This document shows, one piece after another, positions 39,846 through 48,360 of a DNA stretch of 64,000 bases (positions are counted from its first letter, which is position 1; every line of letters starts with the position of its first letter). Both the position numbers and the translations under genes were made by a program. The notes beneath the pieces were generated by a model. The model had not been told where the DNA came from, ran no database searches, and saw nothing but the letters and a program-made list of their open reading frames with translations. The stretch is from Thermoanaerobaculia bacterium. Lineage in GTDB: Bacteria > Acidobacteriota > Thermoanaerobaculia > Gp7-AA8. The stretch lies in NCBI GenBank assembly GCA_035544675.1, contig DATKCA010000025.1, positions 35,776-99,775 on the forward strand, read 5' to 3'.

Positions 39846-41410
39846 CAATGACCAGGAGACTCGTTCTTTTCGCCGCTCTGATTGCCGTCGCCACGACGGC
39901 CTCGGCGGACCGTTTCTCGGGCCTCGACCGGTTCCATCGCGAGATCCCGATCTTCATCGGAGGCGCGTTCAGCCTCGACAACCGTGAGGCGTCGGGCGAC
40001 ATCGACATCATCGGCACCGACGAGCCCCGTGCCAACATCACGATTGTCCGGACGATTCGGGGACTCGACGACGCGGCCGTCACCGAGGGCAAGCAGATGA
40101 CGCAGCCCTCCTTCACTGGAGACGACCGGCACAGGATCGTGCGGACATGGCTCTCACCGATGCGGAGCGGGCGGTGGTCGGCGGACTTCGCATACGTCGT
40201 GAAGGTGCCGCGAACCGTCAACGTCACCGTGTCCTCGACGACGAGCAACCGCATCCGTGTGAGCGACATGCGAGGCACCGTCCGGATCAGCAACATGAAC
40301 GGCGGAATCGTGCTCGAGCGCTTGTCGGGAGCGGTCCTGGTGGAGAGCGTCAACGGCAACATCTCGTTCCAGGCGCCGGCTGAAGTCGGCAACATTCAAC
40401 TCACCACCATCAACGGCACCGTGGAGGTTCACGCTCCCACAGAGGCGGCGTTCCGGTGGGTGGCCGAGGCGGTCAAGGGCGACATCCGGACGACGTTCCC
40501 GATCCAGGGCAACTTCCGCGGGAACACCTTCAGCGGCTACGTGAAAGAGCCCGGGCGCGCCACGATCCTCATGCGGACGCTCCTCGGTAACGTGTTGCTG
40601 CTGCGGAACGGATCGACGGGAGCCCAGGCGCAGTCCGTGAAGAACGTCATCCAGCCGACCGCGCCGGCCGCGCAGCAGCAGCCGATGCGTGGCCTCGTGG
40701 CCCGCAGCCTGACCGAGGCGGTTGTGAACGGGAACCTTCAGTACGCCACATCGATGGGCGATGTAACCATCGGCGAGGTGCGAGGCTGGGCCATCATCCG
40801 CACCGGAGCCGGCTCCGTGGAGTTCGGATCGGTACAGGGCGACCTGCAGGTCGAGTCGAACGGCGGTCCCCTCAGCCTCGGCAACATCTTCGGCCAGCTC
40901 ACGGCGAGGACCGCGGCCGGCGACGTGGTGGTGGAGTCGGCGCGGCGCGGGGGAAGCATCTTCACCGGCGGTGGGATCATCAGGCTGCTCTACAGCGGCG
41001 GACCGATGCGGCTGGAGTCGGGCGGTGGCGACATCGTGGTGCGCCGGGCAGCGGGACCGGTCAGCGCCGAGACGCGTTCGGGCGACATCACGATCACGCT
41101 CGACCATGCCTCCCGCAGCCAGCGCGTCGGCGCCAAGACCCTCAAGGGGAATCTGCTGCTGAATGTAGGCGCCGGTTTCGGTGCGGACGTCGAGGCGACG
41201 ATCCTGACGAACGACGCCAACGCGCATGCCATCCGCTCCGACTTCCCCGGCCTGACCGTGCGGCGGGACCAGGTGGGGGGCAAGACGCGGATCCGCGCCA
41301 CCGGCCGTATCAACGGCGGCGGCGAGCGCGTGGAGCTGTCCGCCGAGAACGGCGGGATCCAGATCGCCTCGCAGTTGTCCGCGACCAGCGTCGTGAACGC
41401 GCCTCGCTAA
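39842..41410 (+). CDS. DUF4097 ('putative adhesin', beta-helix) protein
   Basis: Signal peptide followed by repetitive GxI/V beta-helix strands. Typical third member of ECF sigma/anti-sigma modules. Confidence 0.62.
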   Translation: MTMTRRLVLFAALIAVATTASADRFSGLDRFHREIPIFIGGAFSLDNREASGDIDIIGTDEPRANITIVRTIRGLDDAAVTEGKQMTQPSFTGDDRHRIVRTWLSPMRSGRWSADFAYVVKVPRTVNVTVSSTTSNRIRVSDMRGTVRISNMNGGIVLERLSGAVLVESVNGNISFQAPAEVGNIQLTTINGTVEVHAPTEAAFRWVAEAVKGDIRTTFPIQGNFRGNTFSGYVKEPGRATILMRTLLGNVLLLRNGSTGAQAQSVKNVIQPTAPAAQQQPMRGLVARSLTEAVVNGNLQYATSMGDVTIGEVRGWAIIRTGAGSVEFGSVQGDLQVESNGGPLSLGNIFGQLTARTAAGDVVVESARRGGSIFTGGGIIRLLYSGGPMRLESGGGDIVVRRAAGPVSAETRSGDITITLDHASRSQRVGAKTLKGNLLLNVGAGFGADVEATILTNDANAHAIRSDFPGLTVRRDQVGGKTRIRATGRINGGGERVELSAENGGIQIASQLSATSVVNAPR

Positions 41411-41560
41411 GTCGGTCCTTCGTCCTTCCTTCGTCCTTCGTCCTTCCTTAGTCCTTAGTCCTTAGGAGACCCGCCTAAGGCCTAACCCCCCTAAGGCCTA
41501 AGGCCTAAGGACTAAGGGCCTAACGCCTAAGGCCTAAGGCCTAAGGCCAAAGACGTAGGG
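41411..41560. repeat. large REP-like element: (TCCTTCG/TCCTTAG)n arm opposed to (CCTAAGG)n arm
   Basis: gtccttcgtccttccttcgtccttcgtccttccttagtccttagtccttagg ... cctaaggcctaaggcctaaggactaagggcctaacgcctaaggcctaaggcctaaggcc. Confidence 0.75.
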
Positions 41561-41604
41561 TGTTCTGCTACGATCCGCGCTCAGATTTTGCGAAGGGGGA
41601 ACTC

Positions 41605-42309
41605 TTGAAACAGCATTTTGCAATCGCTCTTCTCGCTTGCGTCCTTGCCGCCTGCAGTCCGGCCGGTCAGGACATGGCTACGAGCACGGGCACGCAGGCG
41701 GCGAGCACGACCACCGAGACGATGAGCAGTGACCCCGCGGCCGCGACGACAACGGCGCAGCCGGCCGATGAGGAGAAACCGATGAGCTATTACCAGGACA
41801 AGGTCGCCGAGATCCAGACCACGAAGGGCAGCATCGTCATCCGCTTCTTCGCCGACAAGGCGCCGAACCACGTCAAGAACTTCGTCGACCTGGCCGAGAA
41901 AGGCTTCTACAACGGCACCAAGTTCCACCGTGTCATCCCCGGGTTCATGATTCAGGGCGGAGATCCGAACACGAAGAGCGCCGACTCGAGCCAGTGGGGC
42001 TTCGGCGGTTCCGGGAAGAACGTGGCGGCGGAGTTCAGCGACACGCGGCACGTTCGAGGGATCGTCTCGGCGGCGCGCTCGCAGGATCCCAACAGCGCCT
42101 CCTCGCAGTTCTTCATCGTCGTGGGTGACGCCGGCTTTCTCGACCGCCAGTACTCGGCATTCGGACAGGTCCTCAGCGGGATGGACGTCGCGGATGCCAT
42201 CGTGGGCGCGCCGCGCGGAGCGCAGGACCGTCCGAACGATCCGGTGGCCATTCAGGCGATCAAGATCCGCGCTGCTTCGGACGCGGAGAAGAGCGGTTCG
42301 GCGAAGTAA
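41605..42309 (+). CDS. ppiB: cyclophilin-type peptidyl-prolyl cis-trans isomerase (lipoprotein)
   Basis: FHRVIPGFMIQGGDP and SQFFIV cyclophilin motifs. Lipobox LLACVLAAC. Probable TTG start after AGGGGG. Confidence 0.85.
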   Translation: MKQHFAIALLACVLAACSPAGQDMATSTGTQAASTTTETMSSDPAAATTTAQPADEEKPMSYYQDKVAEIQTTKGSIVIRFFADKAPNHVKNFVDLAEKGFYNGTKFHRVIPGFMIQGGDPNTKSADSSQWGFGGSGKNVAAEFSDTRHVRGIVSAARSQDPNSASSQFFIVVGDAGFLDRQYSAFGQVLSGMDVADAIVGAPRGAQDRPNDPVAIQAIKIRAASDAEKSGSAK

Positions 42310-42351
42310 TCCGCGGCTCTGTGCACCGTTGGTGCATCTGATTGACCTCGG

Positions 42352-43344
42352 ATGACAACGGCTTCACTTCCGCACGAGGCCACTGGCTTCGTGAACGAGT
42401 GGCTGGGCGAGAGATGGACGGCCCGGCCGCTCGCGGGCGACGCCTCCGTGCGCGCGTATTACCGGATTACCACGCCGGACGAGAAGACGTACATGCTGGC
42501 GTACTACCCGCCCGAGGTTCGCTCGCAGCTCCGGCGCTTTCTCGATGCGTACCGGGCCGTTTCGCCGCACGGGCGGATCCCGGAGGTGCTGCGCCACTGC
42601 GGGTTCGCGGTGATGCAGCACGACGTCGGCGACAGGACGCTTTTCGATCTGCTGCACGCCGATCGGCAGCAGGGGTTGCGCCTCTACCGGAAGGCCATCG
42701 ACCTGTTGGTCGGCTTCCAGCGGGCGCCGGCCGGGGAGATCAACCCGCCGTTCACGGCCGGGTTCTTCGTGGACGAGATGGAGATGGCCCGGGAGTATTA
42801 CGCGGAGAGGCTCATGGCGGTGCCCGAGAACGTGGCGGCCCGGCTCGATCCGCTGTTCAGGAAGCTTGCTGATAATCTGTCACGACATCAATATATGCTG
42901 TGTCATCGTGATTTTCATGGTCAGAATATTCATATTTATGATGACTCTCTTTTCCTGATTGATTATCAGGACCTGAGAATGGGTCCTGATACCTACGACA
43001 TGGCGTCCCTGCTGCGCGACCGCGGCGTGGGCCGCATCATCCGCGACGAGACGGAGCTGGAGCTCATCGACTACTATGCGCTGCGCTCCGGCGCCGCCGG
43101 TCCGGTGCGCCAACGCTATTTCGAGACGCTGCTGCAGCGTTCGATCAAGATTCTCGGAACGTTCGCCAGGCAGCCCATCGCGCGCGGACGGATGCACTAT
43201 CTGGATTTCATCCCCCCCACCATGGAAAGCATCCGGCGCTGTCTGGAGGAGCTGCCCGAGTTCGCGCAGCTCTCGGACCTTCTGCCGATGGATTTCTCGA
43301 TCGACGCGGCGCGCCAGCGCGCGGCAAGCATCAAGGAGACGTAG
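42352..43344 (+). CDS. aminoglycoside-phosphotransferase-fold kinase (APH/choline-kinase family; possible anomeric sugar kinase)
   Basis: Brenner motif HRDFHGQN and IDYQD. Confidence 0.68.
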   Translation: MTTASLPHEATGFVNEWLGERWTARPLAGDASVRAYYRITTPDEKTYMLAYYPPEVRSQLRRFLDAYRAVSPHGRIPEVLRHCGFAVMQHDVGDRTLFDLLHADRQQGLRLYRKAIDLLVGFQRAPAGEINPPFTAGFFVDEMEMAREYYAERLMAVPENVAARLDPLFRKLADNLSRHQYMLCHRDFHGQNIHIYDDSLFLIDYQDLRMGPDTYDMASLLRDRGVGRIIRDETELELIDYYALRSGAAGPVRQRYFETLLQRSIKILGTFARQPIARGRMHYLDFIPPTMESIRRCLEELPEFAQLSDLLPMDFSIDAARQRAASIKET

Positions 43345-43349
43345 AGGAA

Positions 43350-44378
43350 ATGGCTCAGCACAAGATCACCCTGCTTCCCGGAGACGGTATCGGGCCGGAG
43401 GTCACGGCTGCGGTCGTGGCGATCATCGAATGCGCCGGCGTGGACGTGGAGTGGGAGAAATTCTTCGTCGGCGCCGAGGCGATCTCGCGGTTCGGCGACC
43501 CGCTGCCGCAGGAGGTGCTCGACTCCATCCTCCGCAACAAAGTGGCTCTCAAGGGGCCGGTGACGACGCCGGTCGGCACCGGGTTCGCCTCCATCAACGT
43601 GCGCCTGCGGAAGAGCCTCGACCTCTACGCGAACCTGCGGCCCGTCAAGTCGCTGCCGAGCATCAAGACGCGCTACGAGAACATCGATCTCATCGTCGTC
43701 CGCGAGAACACGGAAAGCCTCTACGCCGGCCTCGAGCACGAGGTGGTCCCGGGCGTGGTGGAGTCGATCAAGATCATCACCGAGCGCGCTTCCACCCGCA
43801 TCGCCCGCTTCGCCTTCGAATACGCGCGCACACACGGCCGGAAGCGCGTGACGGCCGTCCACAAGGCCAACATCATGAAACTGTCCGACGGCCTCTTTCT
43901 CAAGTGCTTCCGCACCGTGGCCCAGGACTATCCGAACATCACGGCCGACGACCGCATCGTCGACAACCTGTGCATGCAGCTGGTCATGGACCCGAACCAG
44001 TTCGACATTCTCCTTCTGGAGAACCTCTACGGGGACATCGTGTCGGACCTGACGGCCGGACTGGTCGGCGGTCTTGGTGTGGTTGCCGGCGCCAACATCG
44101 GTGAGAACGGGTCGGTCTTCGAGGCCGTGCACGGCAGCGCCCCCGACATCGCCGGCCAGAACAAGGCCAATCCGCTGGCCCTGCTGCAGTCAGCGGTCAT
44201 GATGCTGCAGCACATCGGCGAGATGGATGCAGCCAATCGGATTCACAGCGCGATCCTCAGGCTTCTGGACTCCGGACCGCAGCACCGCACCCGGGACATC
44301 GGCGGCACGGGCAACACATCCGATTTCACGACCGCGATCTGCGACATGCTGCGCCGGGGGACGAGGGCGGGGGATTGA
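43350..44378 (+). CDS. isocitrate/isopropylmalate dehydrogenase-family protein (NAD-IDH-like)
   Basis: LPGDGIGPEV and NLYGDIVSDL motifs. About 340-aa size class. Confidence 0.82.
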   Translation: MAQHKITLLPGDGIGPEVTAAVVAIIECAGVDVEWEKFFVGAEAISRFGDPLPQEVLDSILRNKVALKGPVTTPVGTGFASINVRLRKSLDLYANLRPVKSLPSIKTRYENIDLIVVRENTESLYAGLEHEVVPGVVESIKIITERASTRIARFAFEYARTHGRKRVTAVHKANIMKLSDGLFLKCFRTVAQDYPNITADDRIVDNLCMQLVMDPNQFDILLLENLYGDIVSDLTAGLVGGLGVVAGANIGENGSVFEAVHGSAPDIAGQNKANPLALLQSAVMMLQHIGEMDAANRIHSAILRLLDSGPQHRTRDIGGTGNTSDFTTAICDMLRRGTRAGD

Positions 44379-44391
44379 GGATCTACGATCC

Positions 44392-44808
44392 ATGAAGCCG
44401 GACTTCAGTACGCACTACCTGCGCGGAGTGGAGCATTTCAACGCCCGGGAGTTCTGGGATGCGCACGAGTCGTGGGAGACGATCTGGCTCGTGGCGGCGT
44501 CGGACGCCGAACAATTCCTGCAGGGGCTGATCCAGATCGCGGCGGCCTACCATCACGTGCAGCGCGGCACGTTTCGCGGCGCGGTGAGGCTCTTCGATGC
44601 CGGCCTGCGTCGGCTCAGTGCGTTCCCGCATCCGTACTGCGGCACGGACCGCCGGCCGCTCGAAGCGGCGGCGCGAGCGCACCGCCAGTGGACCGCGGCG
44701 CGCGTCGATGCGGAGGAGTGGCAACAGCGGCTCGAAGAGGGCGATTATCCGCGAATTGCTCTCATAGCGCCTGATGGATCGGTGTCGCCACCGTCGAGCA
44801 ATTGGTAA
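44392..44808 (+). CDS. DUF309-domain protein
   Basis: FNAREFWDAHESWETIW...AAYHHVQRG helical hairpin motif. Confidence 0.55.
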   Translation: MKPDFSTHYLRGVEHFNAREFWDAHESWETIWLVAASDAEQFLQGLIQIAAAYHHVQRGTFRGAVRLFDAGLRRLSAFPHPYCGTDRRPLEAAARAHRQWTAARVDAEEWQQRLEEGDYPRIALIAPDGSVSPPSSNW

Positions 44809-44890
44809 TTTTCCCTTGCGCCGTTCGGGATCACGATACAATCCGGTCGTCGCCTCAGCTCAAAAAATACACCTCGCGTGAGGATCCGAT

Positions 44891-45916
44891 ATGCAGGATA
44901 ACGATCAGCGGGACCGTGAGCTTTTGGGTGTTCTGCAGGGTGAGCTTCCGCTCGTTTCCACGCCGTACGCGGTCATCGGACAGATGATCGACATGTCCGA
45001 AAAAGAGGTGATCAAACGGACCGAGAGGCTCAAACGGGAGGGCATCGTCCGTCAGATCTCCGCCCACTTCGATACCCGCTCGGTTGGCTATCGCTCCTGT
45101 CTGGTGGCGGCCCGCGTCCGCGCCGATCACATCGATGAGGCGGCCGGCGTCGTCAGCGCGCATCCCGGCGTCTCGCAGAACTACCGGCGCAACAACGACT
45201 TCAATCTCTGGTTCACGATCGCCGTGGCCCCCTCCTCGAAGATCGGACTCGACAAGACCATCGACGTCCTCGGCGAAGAGGCCGAGTGCGACATCATCCG
45301 CCCCCTCCCCACGCTGAAGTTGTTCAAGAGCGCCGGCGCCGATGCCTCCGATGCTCACAGCGGGGAAGAGAATGCGCAAGGCGAGTTTCCGCCGCTCAGC
45401 ACGACCGAGATCGAGGCCGTCCGCATCCTCCAGCGCGATCTGCCGCTGCAGCCGCGCCCGTTCGACGTCGTGGCACGTCTGGCCGGCATCGCCGCGGACG
45501 AGATCCTGGGAGCCGCGCGCTCGATGCAGAAGCGCGGTCAGCTCCGCCGGTTCACAGCCACCGTGCAGCCGCGCAAAACCGGATTCCTGGCCAGCGCGAT
45601 GGGCGTCTGGATCGTCCCGGAGGACCAAGTCGACGAGTACGGCGCGAGACTCTCGCAGAACAAGGCCGTGTCGCACTGCTATCTCCGGCCTGTGTACGAA
45701 GACTGGCCGTACAACCTCTACACCATCGTGCACGGGCGCTCGGTCGACGAATGCGAGTCGATCATCAACGACCTGGCCATCGATACCGGCCTCTCCGAGA
45801 AGATCGCGCTCTATCCAACCAAGGAGTACAAGAAGTCGCGCATCAGCTTCTTCTCGTCCGAGGCGGAGGAGTGGGAGTCCTCGCGCGCGGCGCGACTGCA
45901 GGCCGCGGCCTCGTAG
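44891..45916 (+). CDS. siroheme decarboxylase, fused AhbA/AhbB (NirDL-like) tandem Lrp/AsnC-like domains
   Basis: Two tandem AsnC-type HTH plus RAM-like halves with the ...WPYNLYTIVHG signature. Confidence 0.65.
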   Translation: MQDNDQRDRELLGVLQGELPLVSTPYAVIGQMIDMSEKEVIKRTERLKREGIVRQISAHFDTRSVGYRSCLVAARVRADHIDEAAGVVSAHPGVSQNYRRNNDFNLWFTIAVAPSSKIGLDKTIDVLGEEAECDIIRPLPTLKLFKSAGADASDAHSGEENAQGEFPPLSTTEIEAVRILQRDLPLQPRPFDVVARLAGIAADEILGAARSMQKRGQLRRFTATVQPRKTGFLASAMGVWIVPEDQVDEYGARLSQNKAVSHCYLRPVYEDWPYNLYTIVHGRSVDECESIINDLAIDTGLSEKIALYPTKEYKKSRISFFSSEAEEWESSRAARLQAAAS

Positions 45917-45922
45917 TCCCGG

Positions 45923-46243
45923 TTGTTCGAGAGCATCCAGCCGCCTGACCTCGCTGCCCGTCTGCGGGTCGCGACGGTCGTTCCGCTGGCCGCGTTTCTC
46001 ACATCGGAAGCGTATTTCTCTCTCGCTCCGCTCCTCGGACGCGTTCCCGCTCCGCTGTTCTGGGCCATTGCCTTGACCACTCTGGCTGGCGCCGGTTCCG
46101 GCCTCTTCCTCACGACCTCGCTCGCGCTGCGGCGCCGCTCGGAGGTGCGCGGCGGCCGCGCCATCTCCTGGCTGCTCGCCGCAGGCGCGGCCAGTCTGCT
46201 CTGTACCTGGAGGTTCCTCGGGCTTACGCTGCCGTGGCTATGA
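45923..46243 (+). CDS. hypothetical small membrane protein
   Basis: Three predicted TM helices. No known motif. Confidence 0.4.
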   Translation: MFESIQPPDLAARLRVATVVPLAAFLTSEAYFSLAPLLGRVPAPLFWAIALTTLAGAGSGLFLTTSLALRRRSEVRGGRAISWLLAAGAASLLCTWRFLGLTLPWL

Positions 46244-46908
46244 CTTCACCGTTTCCGACCATTCCGTACCGGCGCCGGCGACTCGATGCGGAGGCTGCCG
46301 TGGCGGCGGCCCGGGAGTTTCTCGACACGATCCGGCTCAGACGAAGCGTCCGCGAGTTCTCGAGCGAGCCCATTCCGCTCGAGGCGGTCAGACTCGCTGT
46401 CGCTGCCGCCGCGGCTGCACCGTCCGGCGCGAACATGCAGCCCTGGACGTTCGTCATCGTCACCGATCCCGATCTGAAGCGCCGCATCAGGATCGCCGCC
46501 GAGGAAGAGGAGAAGGAAAACTACGGCGGACGGATGCCGGCGGAGTGGCTCGCGGCACTGGCGCCTCTTCAGACGGACTGGCGCAAGGAGTTCCTCGAGG
46601 TGGCGCCGGTGCTCATTGTCGTGTTCAAGACCGACTATGGCATGGCGCCGGACGGTCGCCGGATCACTCACTATTACGTCAACGAGTCGGTCGGCATCGC
46701 GTGCGGGTTTCTGCTGGCGGCGCTCAACGCTGCCGGCCTTGCCACGCTCACCCACACCCCTTCGCCGATGGGGTTCCTCCGCGACATCCTCGACCGGCCG
46801 AAGAACGAGAAAGCGTACCTCCTGATCCCGGCGGGCTACCCGGCCGATGGCTGTCGCGTACCGGACATTGCGCGCAAGCCGCTCCACGAGACGGTCATCG
46901 AGCGATAG
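46234..46908 (+). CDS. nitroreductase-family flavoprotein
   Basis: RRSVREF...PSGANMQPW... nitroreductase fold. Confidence 0.8.
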   Translation: MAMTSPFPTIPYRRRRLDAEAAVAAAREFLDTIRLRRSVREFSSEPIPLEAVRLAVAAAAAAPSGANMQPWTFVIVTDPDLKRRIRIAAEEEEKENYGGRMPAEWLAALAPLQTDWRKEFLEVAPVLIVVFKTDYGMAPDGRRITHYYVNESVGIACGFLLAALNAAGLATLTHTPSPMGFLRDILDRPKNEKAYLLIPAGYPADGCRVPDIARKPLHETVIER

Positions 46909-46985
46909 CGCAGAAGTTTTTGACGTCGCGGCAGGCCAGCGCACGGTACGGGCGCGCGGAATGCCTCTTGATCAGGATCCGTGTC

Positions 46986-47114
46986 GATGGATCTCGACTT
47001 CGTCATCCGGGAAGCTGAGGAGGACCCGCGACGACCGCCCTCGGCAGTGAATCTGACGGGATGGGAGTCGGTCGTCTTCGAGGTGGCCGACGATGACGAG
47101 GAAGCAGAGGACTA
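46986..47114 (+). CDS. possible 42-aa acidic small protein
   Basis: MDLDFVIREAEEDPRRPPSAVNLTGWESVVFEVADDDEEAED. Followed directly by a hairpin. Not in the supplied ORF track (too short). Confidence 0.25.
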
Positions 47115-47140
47115 GTGGCCTGTGACGGCCACTAGGTTCG
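47108..47140. terminator. bidirectional hairpin terminator
   Basis: actagtggcc-tgtgac-ggccactag followed by a T-rich run. Lies between the small ORF and the convergent CDGSH gene. Confidence 0.5.
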
Positions 47141-47150
47141 CTCTCCCCCG

Positions 47151-47366
47151 CTACTTGTTCTCTTCGGTCTTCTGCACCGCGGCGATCGCTCCCTGAAAGC
47201 CGATCTTCGAGTGCGTTCCGTCGCAGAAGGGCTTCGTCGTCGACCCGCCGCAACGGCACAGCGCCCTCTTCGCGACGGGGATCTCGTTGCCCTGCGCGTC
47301 GACGAGCGTGAAGTCGCCTTCCACCACCAGCGGCCCGTTGTCCTTGATCTTGATCGTGACGCTCAT
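47151..47366 (-). CDS. CDGSH-type iron-sulfur domain protein
   Basis: CRCGGSTTKPFCDGTHS motif. Start at MSVTIKIKDNGPL. Confidence 0.75.
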   Translation of the reverse strand: MSVTIKIKDNGPLVVEGDFTLVDAQGNEIPVAKRALCRCGGSTTKPFCDGTHSKIGFQGAIAAVQKTEENK

Positions 47367-47373
47367 CGTCGTC

Positions 47374-47736
47374 TCAGAAGATCGGATTCGCGGCGCGGTG
47401 GTGGAACTTCCATTTGTACGTGAAGCCCGGATAATCGACGGGCACCACATACTGGACATCCACCGTGATGTCGTTGTTGCCGCGTCTGATCTTCACGTTG
47501 TCCTCCGAGACCGGCAGTTCGAGGTCGGCTGCCTTCTTCAGAATCGTGGCCATGATGCGCTTATCGCTGTGCATCCCGGCCGCCTTGGCTTCGTTGACGA
47601 CTTCACTCCTGAGCTCGGCGGCCTTCACCTTGATCGGGATCATCTTGTACGCGACGAAGATCCCCGCGAGGAGCAGCAGGAGCCCGACCACACACCCGAA
47701 CTGACCCTCCCCACGTTGACCGCGGAATCGATGCAT
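47374..47736 (-). CDS. hypothetical membrane-anchored protein
   Basis: Single N-terminal TM, then a soluble domain. Tight spacing with the CDGSH gene and lepB. Confidence 0.45.
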   Translation of the reverse strand: MHRFRGQRGEGQFGCVVGLLLLLAGIFVAYKMIPIKVKAAELRSEVVNEAKAAGMHSDKRIMATILKKAADLELPVSEDNVKIRRGNNDITVDVQYVVPVDYPGFTYKWKFHHRAANPIF

Positions 47737-47769
47737 GCAAAACCTCCAGCCTGAAGCCAGAGTAGCAGG

Positions 47770-48291
47770 TCACTCGATCCATTTGAAGATGCGGCGGCCG
47801 CTGCCGTTCGACCAGAGTACGAGGCGCGCGCGGCCGACGATCAGTTGTCGCGGCAGGGAGCCCCAGTGGCGGCTGTCGAGTGAGTTGTCCCTGTCGTCGC
47901 CGAGCACGTAGTACCTGTTGGCGCCGACGAGCTGGGGCGACACGCTCTCGGTGCTGGCCTGCCGGCGGACGTAGGGCTCCGGGACGGTGTAGCCGCCGAT
48001 GCGCAGCCGGCCGAGCCTGCTGTCGATGAGATCGCCCGGAGCTGCGACGACGCGCTTGACCATCCACTCCGAAGGGCGTTGCGGCGAGCGGAACACGACG
48101 ACATCACCGCGTGCCGGGCCGGCCGGCCCGTATGGAATCACGATGATGTGATCGCCCACGCTCAGCGTGGGCTGCATGGAGCCGGAAGGGATGGCGTAGA
48201 GCCGCACCGTCGAGCGGACCAGGACAGCGAGCACGATCGCCACGCCCAGAGGCTGGAGGATCATGCGGAGAACGGATTTCTGCCGCGGCAT
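47770..48291 (-). CDS. lepB: signal peptidase I
   Basis: IPSGSMQPTL (catalytic Ser), VKRVVAAPGD (Lys) and GDDRDNSLDSR boxes. Confidence 0.9.
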   Translation of the reverse strand: MPRQKSVLRMILQPLGVAIVLAVLVRSTVRLYAIPSGSMQPTLSVGDHIIVIPYGPAGPARGDVVVFRSPQRPSEWMVKRVVAAPGDLIDSRLGRLRIGGYTVPEPYVRRQASTESVSPQLVGANRYYVLGDDRDNSLDSRHWGSLPRQLIVGRARLVLWSNGSGRRIFKWIE

Positions 48292-48360
48292 GCTTCTCTG
48301 GAAAAACGAACGGGCGGGGAGGAAAGTTCCCTGGTGTGGTGAATTAGAAATACGTAGCAG

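Noticed and set aside
41411-41560. Possibility that the long heptamer array is a CRISPR-like or coding low-complexity region
   Set aside because: Repeat units are 7 nt with no spacers, and the two arms are reverse complements. The ORF track shows no coding frame there.
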